A stretch of 64,000 bases of DNA, from NCBI GenBank assembly GCA_958009085.1, contig OY253676.1, forward strand, positions 310,001-374,000. Reading direction: 5' to 3'. Positions 48,865 to 60,100 of the stretch are shown piece after piece; position 1 is the first letter of the stretch, and each line of letters opens with the position of its first letter. Position numbers and translations under genes: made by a program. The stretch is from Protoeuglena noctilucae. Lineage: Eukaryota. Below the pieces are notes generated by a model that made no database searches, had not been told where the DNA came from, and worked only from the letters and a program-made list of their open reading frames with translations.

Positions 48865-49034
48865 GCGGCTGGAATCACTGGGCTCAATGAGGGTTTACAT
48901 TACAGTCTGTGTCGTCAGTGGGATCACTGGGATGATCCCTCTGATACCCCGGGATCAGCGGGATGATCCCCACGATTCCTGGGTATCACGGGGATGATCC
49001 GACTGACGCCAGACTCGCGGTTTTCCCGATGATC
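48865..49034 (-). repeat. Right subterminal repeat array plus TIR
   Basis: Repeated gggatca/gggatgatccc motifs, then tgatccgactgacgccagactcgcggttttcccgatgatc. Confidence 0.88.
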
Positions 49035-49158
49035 ATGTCTTCTCGCACCAATCGCACCCGCGTTTGCCACTCTCCGGAGCCAAGGCAGTGCCTGCAGGGG
49101 CCCGTCCGAGCAGCTGCATCGCGGTTCCCTCCTGGTTCTTTCCCGCCTCGGCACAACG

Positions 49159-50690
49159 ATGGCGCGGTGGTGGTCCGGCGTGGTGGCCGCGCTGGGAGGG
49201 GGACGGGAAGATTCCAGCTCGCTTGACGCGTATGCGAAAAGGCTTGACACGCTCAGCGAAGCTATCGCGGGCGCCCAGGACAGGCTTGCGTCGCTCGAAA
49301 GCGACGCGAGATGGTTCGGTCGCGTCATTGGGTACGGGGGCTTCGTGTCCGTCGCACTGGCCGGAATTATCGCGGGCCGCGAGTTCCAGGCCGCTGCAAG
49401 GGGCCAGGTGCGCATGACTCGCCATGGGAACAAAGCACCGGCGCGAGATTCGATGCTCCCGTTCATCGCCGCGCTGCTCCGTGCCCGCAGCCGCTTTCGT
49501 GGACGTCAGTATGGCCGACCTTCTTCCCCGTCGTTGCGCTGCTCGTTGTTTGGGCAGCAGCCGTCGTGGCGCACCGCGTCGCCTTCTCCGTGCTCACAAG
49601 CGCTGCGAAGAAGCGGATCGCGCGGCTGCAGGAGGAGAAGGATGCGCAGACGGGGTCCATTGTGAAGGCGACGGCATTCGAACAAGTGCTGCAGATCCCG
49701 CTTCGCCACAAGCCCGACTCGGTGTATGCAATGCTGCGTCGTCACGGCACGGAGCTGACGGACGTAATTGAGAAGCACCTCCGCCGAGAGCCCCAGGACC
49801 CGCAGGCCGGGTTCTTCGGCAAGCTCACGGACCGCATCGACAAGTTCATGGCCTTAGAGCACATGAAGATGCAGCTGGGTGAGTGGGTGCCGGCCAACGC
49901 TTTCCACTCGCTTTGGATCCCCAGCTGCGCAGCTGGAGAGGGACCCCTGGCACCCGGCCGCGTCCGCAGAGCATCTGCAAGTGGAGAACAGCGCCCTGCG
50001 CCGCCAGATCCACATCATGGGCCAGGAGCGGGAGTACCTAGTGTCCGAGCTCTGCGTGTCGCTCGACCTCAGCCGACACCAGGCCGAGGAGCGTGTGCAC
50101 CGGCAGATGGGGCTCGTGAGCCACGAGGGCGGCCGGGGAGACGCCGAGGACGCCACGGTGAGGACGTGGCCTTGTTTGCATCGGCGACGTGGTCGTCATG
50201 GCATGTGCGATGTGGTCACGATGCCCACCTGCTCCTCGCCCCGCAGTCGGTGCTCAGCCTCGGGTTCCGTCCTGCGCCAGCGAGCGTCCAGAGCGTGCGG
50301 CCGGTGCGCGCGCGCAGCATCGTCAAGCACGCCTCTGCCGCCACTGCGGCCATGAGTGAGGCTCCCGTGTCGGTTGCCCGGGGTGGTCCGGTCGCGGTGC
50401 CCACGCGGTCCGTGGCTGGCCAACCGCCCCGCCCGCAGCGCAGCTTGTCGCGCAAGGTGGCGGGGCTGGCCGGCGGGGTCACGGCGGCTCCGTCCCAAGC
50501 ATGCGAGCTGGAGGGTAGGCCCAGCATCAGCGAGGCCGAGAGGCGCAAGGGCGAGACGAGGGTCATGGAGGGCACAGAGGATCGAACTGAGACGTGGGCC
50601 AGCGCGTGCGCAGATGGCACGGCACAAGGGGCGACGTGCCAGGACGACGACATGCTCAGCGTGGGCAGTGAGCGCAGCCCCAGCCCCTGA
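49159..50690 (+). CDS. Lunapark-like two-TM ER protein (no C-terminal zinc ribbon seen)
   Basis: YAKRLDTLSEAI coiled coil, TM hairpin, KKRIARLQEEKDAQ..IVKATAFEQVLQI..KPD, GFFGKLTDRIDKFM; layout matches the Lunapark N-terminal half. Confidence 0.5.
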
Positions 50691-50810
50691 GCCACCTGGC
50701 AGCAGCCGCGCTTCAAAAAGCTAGCGTTACTTGAAACGAACCTAGGACCCGGCAGTTGGATATAACTACGATGTTGGAGATGCAGATCTATCTATCCGTC
50801 GCCGTTCAGG

Positions 50811-53208
50811 TCACGCCGCGCGCAAGTCCTCGAAACGCCGCCTCATCGTCTCGTCGTCCACGTCCGCGCCGACTCCCCGGTCCCCCACTGCGATCACGGC
50901 GCAAGCTCGTCACGCGCCCGCCTGCCGGCCTTACAAGGGGCCTTGTGTGGTCGGTGCGGTCAGATCACAGCCATGGCACACTGCTCACCGGAGAGCATGA
51001 TGGGCTCGTTGGCGTGGCGGTCCAGCGACTGCACCTTGGCCACGAGAGAGCCGCCGCGCTGGTGCCACTCGTGCTGCCGACCGGAGTCGAGGTCCCTGCG
51101 CGCAGAGCGTGGCATAGCATGCTCAGCACATTTGCATTTATCCGGGCAACAGCCGCCTGCCGCGAGAGGAGCAGCGCGTCACCTGGCTTGCACGTGGAGC
51201 TTGGACGACTCGTCGACCCGGAACGTGATCTCGATCTGTGGTGTCCCGGCAGGCGCGGGCGGGAGGCCCAGGAGGTCGAATTGCCCAAGCACGCCGTTCT
51301 GGTGCGTCCAGGGGGAGTCGCCTTCGAGAATGGCCACGCAAACTTCGTCCTGCACAGCACGGAGGAGGCTCGCAGAGCTTCATTGGAGGCATGCGGCACG
51401 AGTCGGCTCGACGCACCAGACCTCGGCGAACGCTAGCTGCACACCTGGTTGTCGTGGGCAGTGGTGAAAACCTGGGAGCTGACGGCAGGAAGCGGGGACT
51501 CGCTGGGAATGAGGACGTAGAAGCGGCCCCCCGCCGTCTCGACGCCGATGTTTGCGCGGCGCTTGGGCAGCTGCCATCCGGCGAAGCTGTCGCGGTACGC
51601 TGCGATTGGCAGTAAGAAGCAAGGGCATTAGTCGTCGCAAGACAAAGCGCACTTGAGCCCCCAGAGGCCCCAAAGACTTTATGCCAGGGCCCAGTACCTG
51701 TGTTGTTGCTCAGCTTGTGCGGCGACGGCCGCCACTCCGCCCGCGGCGCCTCCTCCCTCGGCGGCAGCTGGTGCTGGTGGTAGTTGTCGCCGTATGTCGT
51801 GTGCCCGTCCAGCTTGTGCGGCGACTTGGTGGGTGCCGGCGGAGCGTACGGCTGCTGGGGAGGGAGGGGCTTGGCCTCAAACTCCTGCCTGTAGCTCGTC
51901 ACGCCATCCATCTTGTGTGGCGACGGCCGCCATTCCGCCCGCGGCGCCTCCTCCCTCGGCGGCAGCTGGTGCTGGTGGTAGTTGTCGCCGTATGTCGTGT
52001 GCCCGTCCAGCTTGTGCGGCGACTTGGTGGGTGCCGGCGGAGCGTACGGCTGCTGGGGAGGGAGGGGCTTGGCCTCAAACTCCTGCCTGTAGCTCGTCAC
52101 GCCATCCATCTTGTGCGGCGACGGCCGCCATTCCGCCCGCGGCGCCTCCTCCCTCGGCGGCAGCTGGTGCTGGTGGTAGTTGTCGCCGTATGTCGTGTGC
52201 CCGTCCAGCTTGTGCGGCGACTTGGTGGGTGCCGGCGGAGCGTACGGCTGCTGGGGAGGGAGGGGCTTGGCTTCAAACTCCTGCCTGTAGCTCGTCACGC
52301 CATCCATCTTGTGCGGCGACGGCCGCCATTCCGCCCGCGGCGCCTCCTCCCTCGGCGGCAGCTGGTGCTGGTGGTAGTTGTCGCCGTATGTCGTGTGCCC
52401 GTCCAGCTTGTGCGGCGACTTGGTGGGTGCCGGCGGAGCGTACGGCTGCTGGGGAGGGAGGGGCTTGGCCTCAAACTCCTGCCTGTAGCTCGTCACGCCA
52501 TCCATCTTGTGCGGCGACGGCCGCCATTCCGCCCGCGGCGCCTCCTCCCTCGGCGGCAGCTGGTGCTGGTGGTAGTTGTCGCCGTATGTCGTGTGCCCGT
52601 CCAGCTTGTGCGGCGACTTGGTGGGTGCCGGCGGAGCGTACGGCTGCTGGGGAGGGAGGGGCTTGGCCTCAAACTCCTGCCGGTAGCTCGTGACCCCGTC
52701 CATCTTGTGCGGCGACGGCTGCCACTCCGCCCGCGGTGCCTGCTCCCTTGGAGGAAGCGGCAGCGGCTGCGAGGGGCGGGTGGATAGGACTGACGTTATG
52801 AATCGTCACAGCGACGTCGATTCTTGCGCAACGCCGCGCTGGAAGCACGGGGTCTCACCCTGTATTCGTCGTCATAGGACGACATCGCATCAAACTTGGC
52901 GGGCGGCCTGAAGGCAGCTGCCTGGGACAGGAGCGTGTTCGGCATGGGTGCGCCGGGCTTTCCCGGCGTCGAGAAGCGCGGCGGCTGGGACACCCCGGGG
53001 TGCAGCTGGATCTCCCTGCCCCGCATGTGCTCGACGAGCTTCCCACGGTCCATCACGTAAGGGTTCTGGGGCCAGAGACCGGGCGGGTATGATCCCAAAA
53101 CCGGACGGTGATCCAGCGCCTCACGTGTTGCCTCAGCTTCGGGCCCGATAGTGTTCAGGGGCTCACCATGGACCCCCCCAACGAGTCGCCCAGGCCGTCC
53201 CCCGTCAT
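50811..53208 (-). CDS. SAXO/STOP-type Mn-motif repeat microtubule inner protein fused to an Hsp70 substrate-binding beta domain (FAP363-like)
   Basis: 33-aa repeats with TSYRQEF/TTYGDNY motifs, then spliced IGVETAGGRFYVLIP..SQVFTTAHDNQ|DEVCVAILEG..LGQFDLLGLPPAPAGTPQIEITFRVD..LHVQA|RD (Hsp70 SBD-beta); start uncertain. Confidence 0.85.
51714..52703 (-). repeat. Coding tandem repeat, 198 bp (66 aa) x5, near-identical
   Basis: Unit MDGVTSYRQEFEAKPLPPQQPYAPPAPTKSPHKLDGHTTYGDNYHQHQLPPREEAPRAEWRPSPHK; period 198 (gccatccat at 51903 and 52101). Confidence 0.97.
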
Positions 53209-54248
53209 CTTTCCCCAGATTGTCCTGCGCGCGCGCGGCATGGTGCTTTCCGTTCCGCTGCATATGTATCGCACGCAGGGGTCGCCAACGCGCCGGCTAC
53301 GAGGCGCAGAGGCAGCTGCATGGCACACGATATATTGCCGGGATCCCGGACGTCCCGCAAGCTAAAAAACTCCAGGTCAAGTCGCAAGCATGCAAACCGT
53401 GCGTCTATAATCGTCATGCAGCGATCGGATCCCGGAAACAGGCGACAAGCCGCAGACCGGGCTAAAACTACGCTGCCCTGGGCTACGTTGGGCCCGTGAG
53501 GGACGCGTGTGGGGAAGAAACCAACAAGAATAACTTGCACGAGGGCCCACCATCCGCATCGGTTGAGGCCAGGAAAGGGGCTGGCGACCGGGAGCGCCCA
53601 CGCGTCGAGACGGGGCCACGGGCGACGATACGGCCAGTCACGCACGGCAAAGTTGATGCAGATTACAAGGAGGGGCAAGAATCGAAGAGGCACGCACTGT
53701 CGTCGAGCAGCCAAGGGTGCCATGTCCCAGCAAGCAGCCACCTGGAAGCCCTGCGCCAGGGGTCTGGGTCACGTTCGCCAGCTCCGAGCTGACAGTCAAG
53801 GTAGATGGCAGCTGCCACAGACGCCTGCAGGTCTAGGAGGGCGCTCTGCGGCCTGCGCTACGGGCCCACGCGCCCAAGCGCAACGACCTGCGCTCGCGGC
53901 CCAGTTCGTGGCCAAACGGCAGGCTGCGGTCTTCAACTTCGCGATGTGCTTGCTTCGGCAAATGCTGGCGAGGATGCGATCGGCTTGCCTTGGCTTGCGG
54001 GCGTTCGTCGTCACCTGGCGCCAGGCGCGCCAGTGCCAGCGTGGCTGGGCCAGCGATTGCCTGCCACAAGATGCCAGGCATTCATCTTCTCGTGTTAGTT
54101 ATGCTGCCACCGCTGTTGCACGTTCGAATATCTGAGAAAGTGTTTCTTAGGGCTTCTCATCGAGCCCTAATCGAACGTGTGAGCAGTAATAGCATTTGCT
54201 CCGTTTATTAGCACCAAGCCATTCGTTTCCTCGTCGACGAGAGTGACC

Positions 54249-55828
54249 ATGGCGGCCCTAGCCCGAGATCACGCCTTCTCCCGCGCGGCGGGAGCGTCTC
54301 TTGCGCGACCCGCGGGCTGTTTGCTTGCGCACTTACGGCAACGCTGCACTCTCGTCCCGCCAGTGGGCCCAGAAGGCGTCCCGATCCGCGCAACAAGGGC
54401 GCCCTTCGTCTCCCGCGCGAAAAGGCCCTGGGAGGTGCCGGGCTCTCAGGGCTCGGATATCTGCCGAAGGCGTATGAATTCTCTGAGGCGCAGGATTGTC
54501 GTCGCCGAACCGCTGATCCCGCCTGGTAGCGCGTAGTTCCCCTAACTAACTTCTCGTGCGCTGCGCTGCTTCCAGGACGCGCTGCCCGTGAGAGACCCAC
54601 GAATCGACAACCCGGAGCATGACAAGTTCGTGGACTGGGTGTCTGGCACCTCGGACGTCGCTGACGAGGCGTCGGCGGGCCGGCCGGTCGACTTGTACCG
54701 GTGGGCAGCCGTGCCTGATTTTCAGATTTCTCCAGCCATTCCTGGGCCGCCATCTGAAAATCCGGTCGTGCCTCGCCGCAGGGACACCCCCGTGCGGTAC
54801 TGCGGCTACGCCAACGAGCTTGGCGAGGCCTTCGCGGCGTGGCTTCCGCCGGGGGGCGTACCGCTGTCGTATGCGGTGGCCATCGGATACGTGCTCGCGG
54901 ACACGCTGGACAAGACCAAGCTCGCGTACCGGGAGGCGGGACGGCAGCTGGGCCAGACAGCAGGCACGACGAAGCCCGGCCTGCAGCGCCTGGCCGCGGG
55001 GGCCGTTGCAGTCGACACCCTCCTCTGGCAGCTGGCGGCCAGCGTGGCGCTGCCGGGGTTCACGATTCACATGGTCGTGCACTTCGCCACCGAAGCTCTG
55101 CAAGCGGGCTCGGACGAGGTCCTCAAGGCATACGAGGCCCTCCACGCCCCCGGTGCCACGGCAGCGCCCTGGGCCCTCTCCGACGCCGTGGACGTGTTGC
55201 ATGGGGTAATCACGGATCCCGCGACGGGCCCCTTGCTGCTCAAGACCGTCCCCACCCTCACGGGGCTCGCGGCCATCCCGCTCATCGTCCACCCGATTGA
55301 CGCCTTCGTGCACCTCCTTCTAAACCGCACGCTGCGGCCGCGCGAGCGGGACGTCGTCTGCGATGCAGCGCGCCTTGAGGTGTGATTTCTGATCCGTCTC
55401 AGCGACGGACTGCACCTTCCCGCGGCCCGGCACCCGATCCTGCGCGCCTGCCACCCTCGTCTGCGCAGGGAGCGTCGCTGGCCATGTGCGACGTGCCCGT
55501 GGACCGCGGCTTCGAACACGAGTGGTCCAAGACGATGCTGGCGGCTGCCGAGTCGGAGGATGAGCCAGGGGCCGCGACCGCAAGGGGCGGTGTCAGGGGC
55601 GACGCCTCTGCAGATGACTCGGCACCGACACGGCCAGAGGACAGCGCGGTCGGGTCCCGGGACTGGATGGACCGAAGGAGGGAGGAGGTGCTGGCGGAGC
55701 TGGACGAATCGGATGCGTCGGCTGAGCAGCGGGCGGACCCGGGGGTGAGGTCGGACCTGCCGGCGAGGGCTCAGGCACGTGCACGCGCGGGGTCAACAGA
55801 GACACGTGAGGTGCCGTTGTCTTTGTAG
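54249..55828 (+). CDS. MTFP1: MTP18/MTFP1-family membrane protein with N-terminal extension
   Basis: DLYR|DTPVRYCGYANELGEAF, SYAVAIGYVLADTLDK, DTLLWQLAASVALPGFTIH, PTLTGLAAIPLIVHPID. Confidence 0.9.
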
Positions 55829-56149
55829 TATGACGTCAAATGCTGCCTGTGGTTCTTCCCTGGGCGCAGAAGCGCAAGCCTGGGGCATTTTCTTTGCCCA
55901 AGGACCTTCGGAAGCAGATCCTGGGGGGAAGTGACATGCGGGGGCTAGCGGATATCGAGCGCGGGCCTGACATGTGAGCTCGTATGCGCCGAAGCCCTAC
56001 CCGCCAGGAATGTGGGGTGCCACGGCGTTTTCAGCCTGGCCGTGGCGTCTCTGGAGGTAAAAGCCTGGATTTTGAAAACCGACCAGTGCCTGCGCGCCTG
56101 TTCAGGCAGCGGCTCGCGGCCTCTGAGGTCGCGGCGACTGTGCGAGGTC

Positions 56150-56994
56150 ATGGAGAAGAGGGTGGAGAAGGAGTCGCCGGTCGCGTTCAACAAGAATTGG
56201 AGCGATCGCGTGCATGCTGAATTGATAGTGAGCTGCCGTCGCGATAAGGCGTGGCCTTGCCGTGCGCGTGGGTGTCCGGACGAGGGCAAAGCGCCTTTGG
56301 GCTCTTTCGGAGCGCCAGGGAGAAACGCGTGCCTGCGTATGCTTGACTCTCGCAGAAAGCAAAGTCGTGGGAGAAGGACTGGGGCTTCCTGGCCGGGGCA
56401 AGCGACCCCAGCTCGCTCCGGGCCAAGCTCGCCAAACCCGATGCTCTGGACACGCTTCTGAAGGCGAGCTGGCGCGATTGACGAAGTATGCAAAATTGCG
56501 TAATTGGTCGCTTGGATTCGGGCGGGGGACGTCCCCCGAGGTGGAGGCGCAGCCCACGCATGCATTTCAATGCGACCAGAAAACTGCGGCGGCACGTGCA
56601 GGAGCTCAAGGTGACCACCTTCCCACTGAAAGAGCATCCGGAGAGGGCATGGAGAGCCCTGGCGCAGAAGTCCAAGAGCGCCAACGAGGCGGACATCGGC
56701 ACGGACGTCGACGAACTCCTCAACACCTTCGTCAAGACGCGCACGCCCGCCCGAAGCAACATGGTCTACTTGAACAACCCCAAGGACATCTACACGCGGC
56801 CCGTCCTGACTTCGCATGAGGTGCTCGCCCTCTTGCGTGCAGGCGGCTTGGGGCTTGGACGCCAGCATTACTCCAGGCACGTTACCAGAGTGCCCCTGTG
56901 CCCGCAGTACGGCTGGGGCAAAAGCTTGGAGGTGTTTGGGCCCCTGAAGGCGTTCACCCAGCGATTCCCGGGCCACCAGGCGTCCCGCACCTGA
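56150..56994 (+). CDS. CIMIP1/C20orf85 (LLC1)-like ciliary microtubule inner protein (4 exons)
   Basis: WSDRVHAELI|KAKSWEKDWGFL and C-terminal PVLTSHE|YGW. Confidence 0.65.
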
Positions 56995-57174
56995 TGCATG
57001 GCGACTGCTGTTTCCCAAAGCAATTATTGATGACATGTTTCACACGCTTTCCGTCCTTTTTTCTCACCGTGATGCTGTGCGCGCCCCTCAGTTCCTGCTT
57101 CTAACCGTTCCCTGCCTTCTTCTGCCTTCAACTTCTCATGGATTCGCATGCCAGTATGCCAATCGCGCCTCCGC

Positions 57175-60100
57175 TCACTCGTCCACTGCCAGAATGGAGT
57201 CGAGCACAGAGGCCGCCTCCTTGCGGTGCAAGCGCCCCATGAGAGCGCGCATGTACTCGAGAGACTCCTTCTCGATGGCCCCGGCCTTGCTGTAAAAGTC
57301 GCAGCACTTGCGTATGGCGTCTGCGGGGAGCACGGCACGTGTCACGTTCCCGTGGCTGAGGCTCGCTTGCGCGTCACCACAGTAGCCCGCAAGGACGCGA
57401 CAGGAAGCAGCACTTGCGCGGCCGCGGCGACTCACGTAACAGCGGCTGAAGGGACTGGCCGTGCATGCACGCGTTCAGCTGCTCCATGGCCAACGGCGCT
57501 GCGTCCACGACCAACCCCACCAGCAGGGCACTGCAGGCACAAACAGGTGTGAGAGATACTCAGGATTGGCAAAGGCGCCGGTGCGGCAGCGACCAGGGCA
57601 GGCTAGCGCCCAGGATGCGACAGGCCCGCGGCGAGCCCATGCAAGTAGCACATCGCCCTTACACCAGGGCACCCCTGCTCGCCTGTAGCTCTCCAGCACA
57701 GCCAGCTCTCCGGACCCCTCTTCTCGACTCAGGTCCTCCACGGTCACTTCCGCACCCTCCTCCTCCTCAGCACCGCTCGCCACCCCAGCCGCCTTGCGCC
57801 CACACTCCGTGAACACCTGCCACAGAAACTCCACCGCGTTCCGGCCCTCGCCGACGCCAGCCGCGCCCGCTTGGGTTCCCCCTAGCGGCACGGGCCTTGT
57901 GGGCGATCCCCCAGGCAAGCAGTGCGATGCTGGGCTCGGCCTGCTGGGTGTCTCGGCTTGGGGACAGGAGCTCCCAGCCCCGCCGGTCGTGTCTGACCCC
58001 CGGGCGTGGCAGAACCGCGTTGTTGCCACGGAGCGACATGGGCGGCGAGAGCTCTCGGCGAGGTTGATGAGGAGGCCCAGGACAATCGTGACGGAGGTTG
58101 CGGACGCAGACAGCGCTGCGCGAGACACCCAGGCGGCGACGGGCGACGTCGCGACAGCGAGGGCCTTCCGGGGACTTGGAGGGATCGCCAGTGCGGGCTC
58201 CGTGGCCAGAAGCGCCACTAGTGCCAGGCTGCATGGGAAGCGAGGTCAAGTGTTATTGAGAAACAAGACTTGCGGACACAGGAGCGGGTCGCAGACTTGG
58301 TTTCAAGTCTCACACCCCGGCGTGAGATTCCAGCCCACGCCAGCGACTCCTCACCCGAGCTGCACGGCCCCTGCGTCCACCATGACCTCGCAGACGTGCG
58401 GCTGGTGATGGGAGAGGTTGACGGCCAGGGCACACCCCGCGTGGAATGCCCCCCTCTCCCGGGCAGACCACGTGTCTCTCTCGAGCCCCCACGGCAGCAC
58501 CGAGACGTCCCGCCAGCCCGGTTCCTCCCCGCTGTCCCGACGCAGCTGCGCTCGTGCCGCAGCGACCCTGCTCGGGCCCGGTGCGGTGCCTGGGTCCCCG
58601 CTGCTGGGAGGCGGGGAGGCGACTGGACTGAGCCCGGAGAGAGCCGGGCCCACGCCCCGCGCCGGGGCCGGGGCCGTCGTCCACATGGACGCGAGGAGGG
58701 CGGCTAAGAAGGACTCTGGCGGGGGTCGCAGCGTCGAGTCAGGTTCCGAAACGTCAGAGGCGCCGTCGGGTGCGGAGAGCGGCATCGTCGCATCGTCCTC
58801 GTCGGATGCCGAGGCGGGGATGACGGCGCTGACGAGCGCGGCCACGTTGTCCGGGCTGACAAAGGTGGCGTGCTCCAGCACGGTGAAGCCTGCGAGGGGC
58901 AGGACAAGAGCAAGTGCCCATGAGGAAGCGAGGGCGGCGAAGCGCTGGCGGCGGTGGCGAGATGCAGGGTGGCCACCAACGCAGCGGCAGCGCAGGGCCC
59001 CAGCAAGCCTCACCGGCGCCTATCAAGTCCAAAAGCACGTCGCCGCGTGGCTCGGCCCCGTTGTCCCAGGGCACACGGCTGTCCCTGTCTTCAGCATCAG
59101 AGGAGGTCAAGCTGCCGCCGCTGTCCTCCACCAGGCCACCGCCTCCCCTGCCGCTCCCGGCCCCTCTACTGCCACCGCCAGCGCCGCTGTGCTGCTCGGC
59201 CCGAACCGCGGAGAGCTCCTTGGCCGCCACCACAGCCACCTCCGCCACGTGATGAAGCAGCCCCGAGGTGCGGAGGGCGTCCTTGAGCTGCAGAACCACC
59301 GACAGTCGGGGCCCGGCCGCCAGGAGCGGGTCGTGGGGGTTGGTCGCCTTGCTCAGTGCCAAGAGGACGAGGGCGGCGGGGCACGACACCGACTGCAGCG
59401 GCGTGAGAGTTGTGGGTCACGGGCAAGGAGCATGAGGGAGGACACTGCAACTACGCCAGCTCTGGCTAATCCCAGCGCAAAGTGGTAGAGCAGGGAGAGC
59501 GCAGCGAAGCACGGCGTGTAAGGATACCTGGTAAGCATGCAAGTCTCTTGTTGACCGCGCCGTCACCTGAGGGCTCAGGTTGCTCGGGATCACGCCCCGT
59601 GACTGCAAGGCCTCGAGCAGAGGCGTCACGGTTGCCTGCTCCCGGGAGCTGAGGCCAGGGCTCTCCACGGATTTCCGAGGGGCAGCGAGGAACCCGGACA
59701 GCACGGCAGCAGCGAGTTGGACGAAGGTGGGGACGAGTTGAAGGGACGGGCAGACCTCAGGCTGCGCGAGGCGAGGAGGCGAGGTGACGTGAGGGCCAGG
59801 AGCGTGCATCACACGGTCAAGAGCGAAAGCAAAGCCAAAACCAAGCGTGCAAGTGATTGATAAGACAAGGGGCGCGGTCGTCACACATCGTCGCGGTGGT
59901 CGCACCTGCGTCAGGCAGAGCAGGAAGCACCCTGCGCACACCAAGAAGCCCCCGCCGCGCTGTTCCCGTCCCCGGGCGGTGGCACCCGTCGCAAAGCGCT
60001 CCAGCGCCCGCGTGAGCACGTCGTTGTCGCCACGGAGCGCCAGCCGGCCCGCCCGAGAGGCGAGCGCGGACGCGACCGCGACGGCGCTGTCCAGCGCCAC

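Larger units (their letters stand above)
43456..49034 (-). mobile_element. Full-length TIR DNA transposon, Plavaka/CACTA(EnSpm)-like (~5.58 kb)
   Basis: Perfect 16-bp inverted termini GATCATCGGGAAAACC...GGTTTTCCCGATGATC, extending imperfectly to ~41 bp; GATCCC/GGGATC subterminal arrays at both ends; encloses one transposase gene. Confidence 0.88.
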
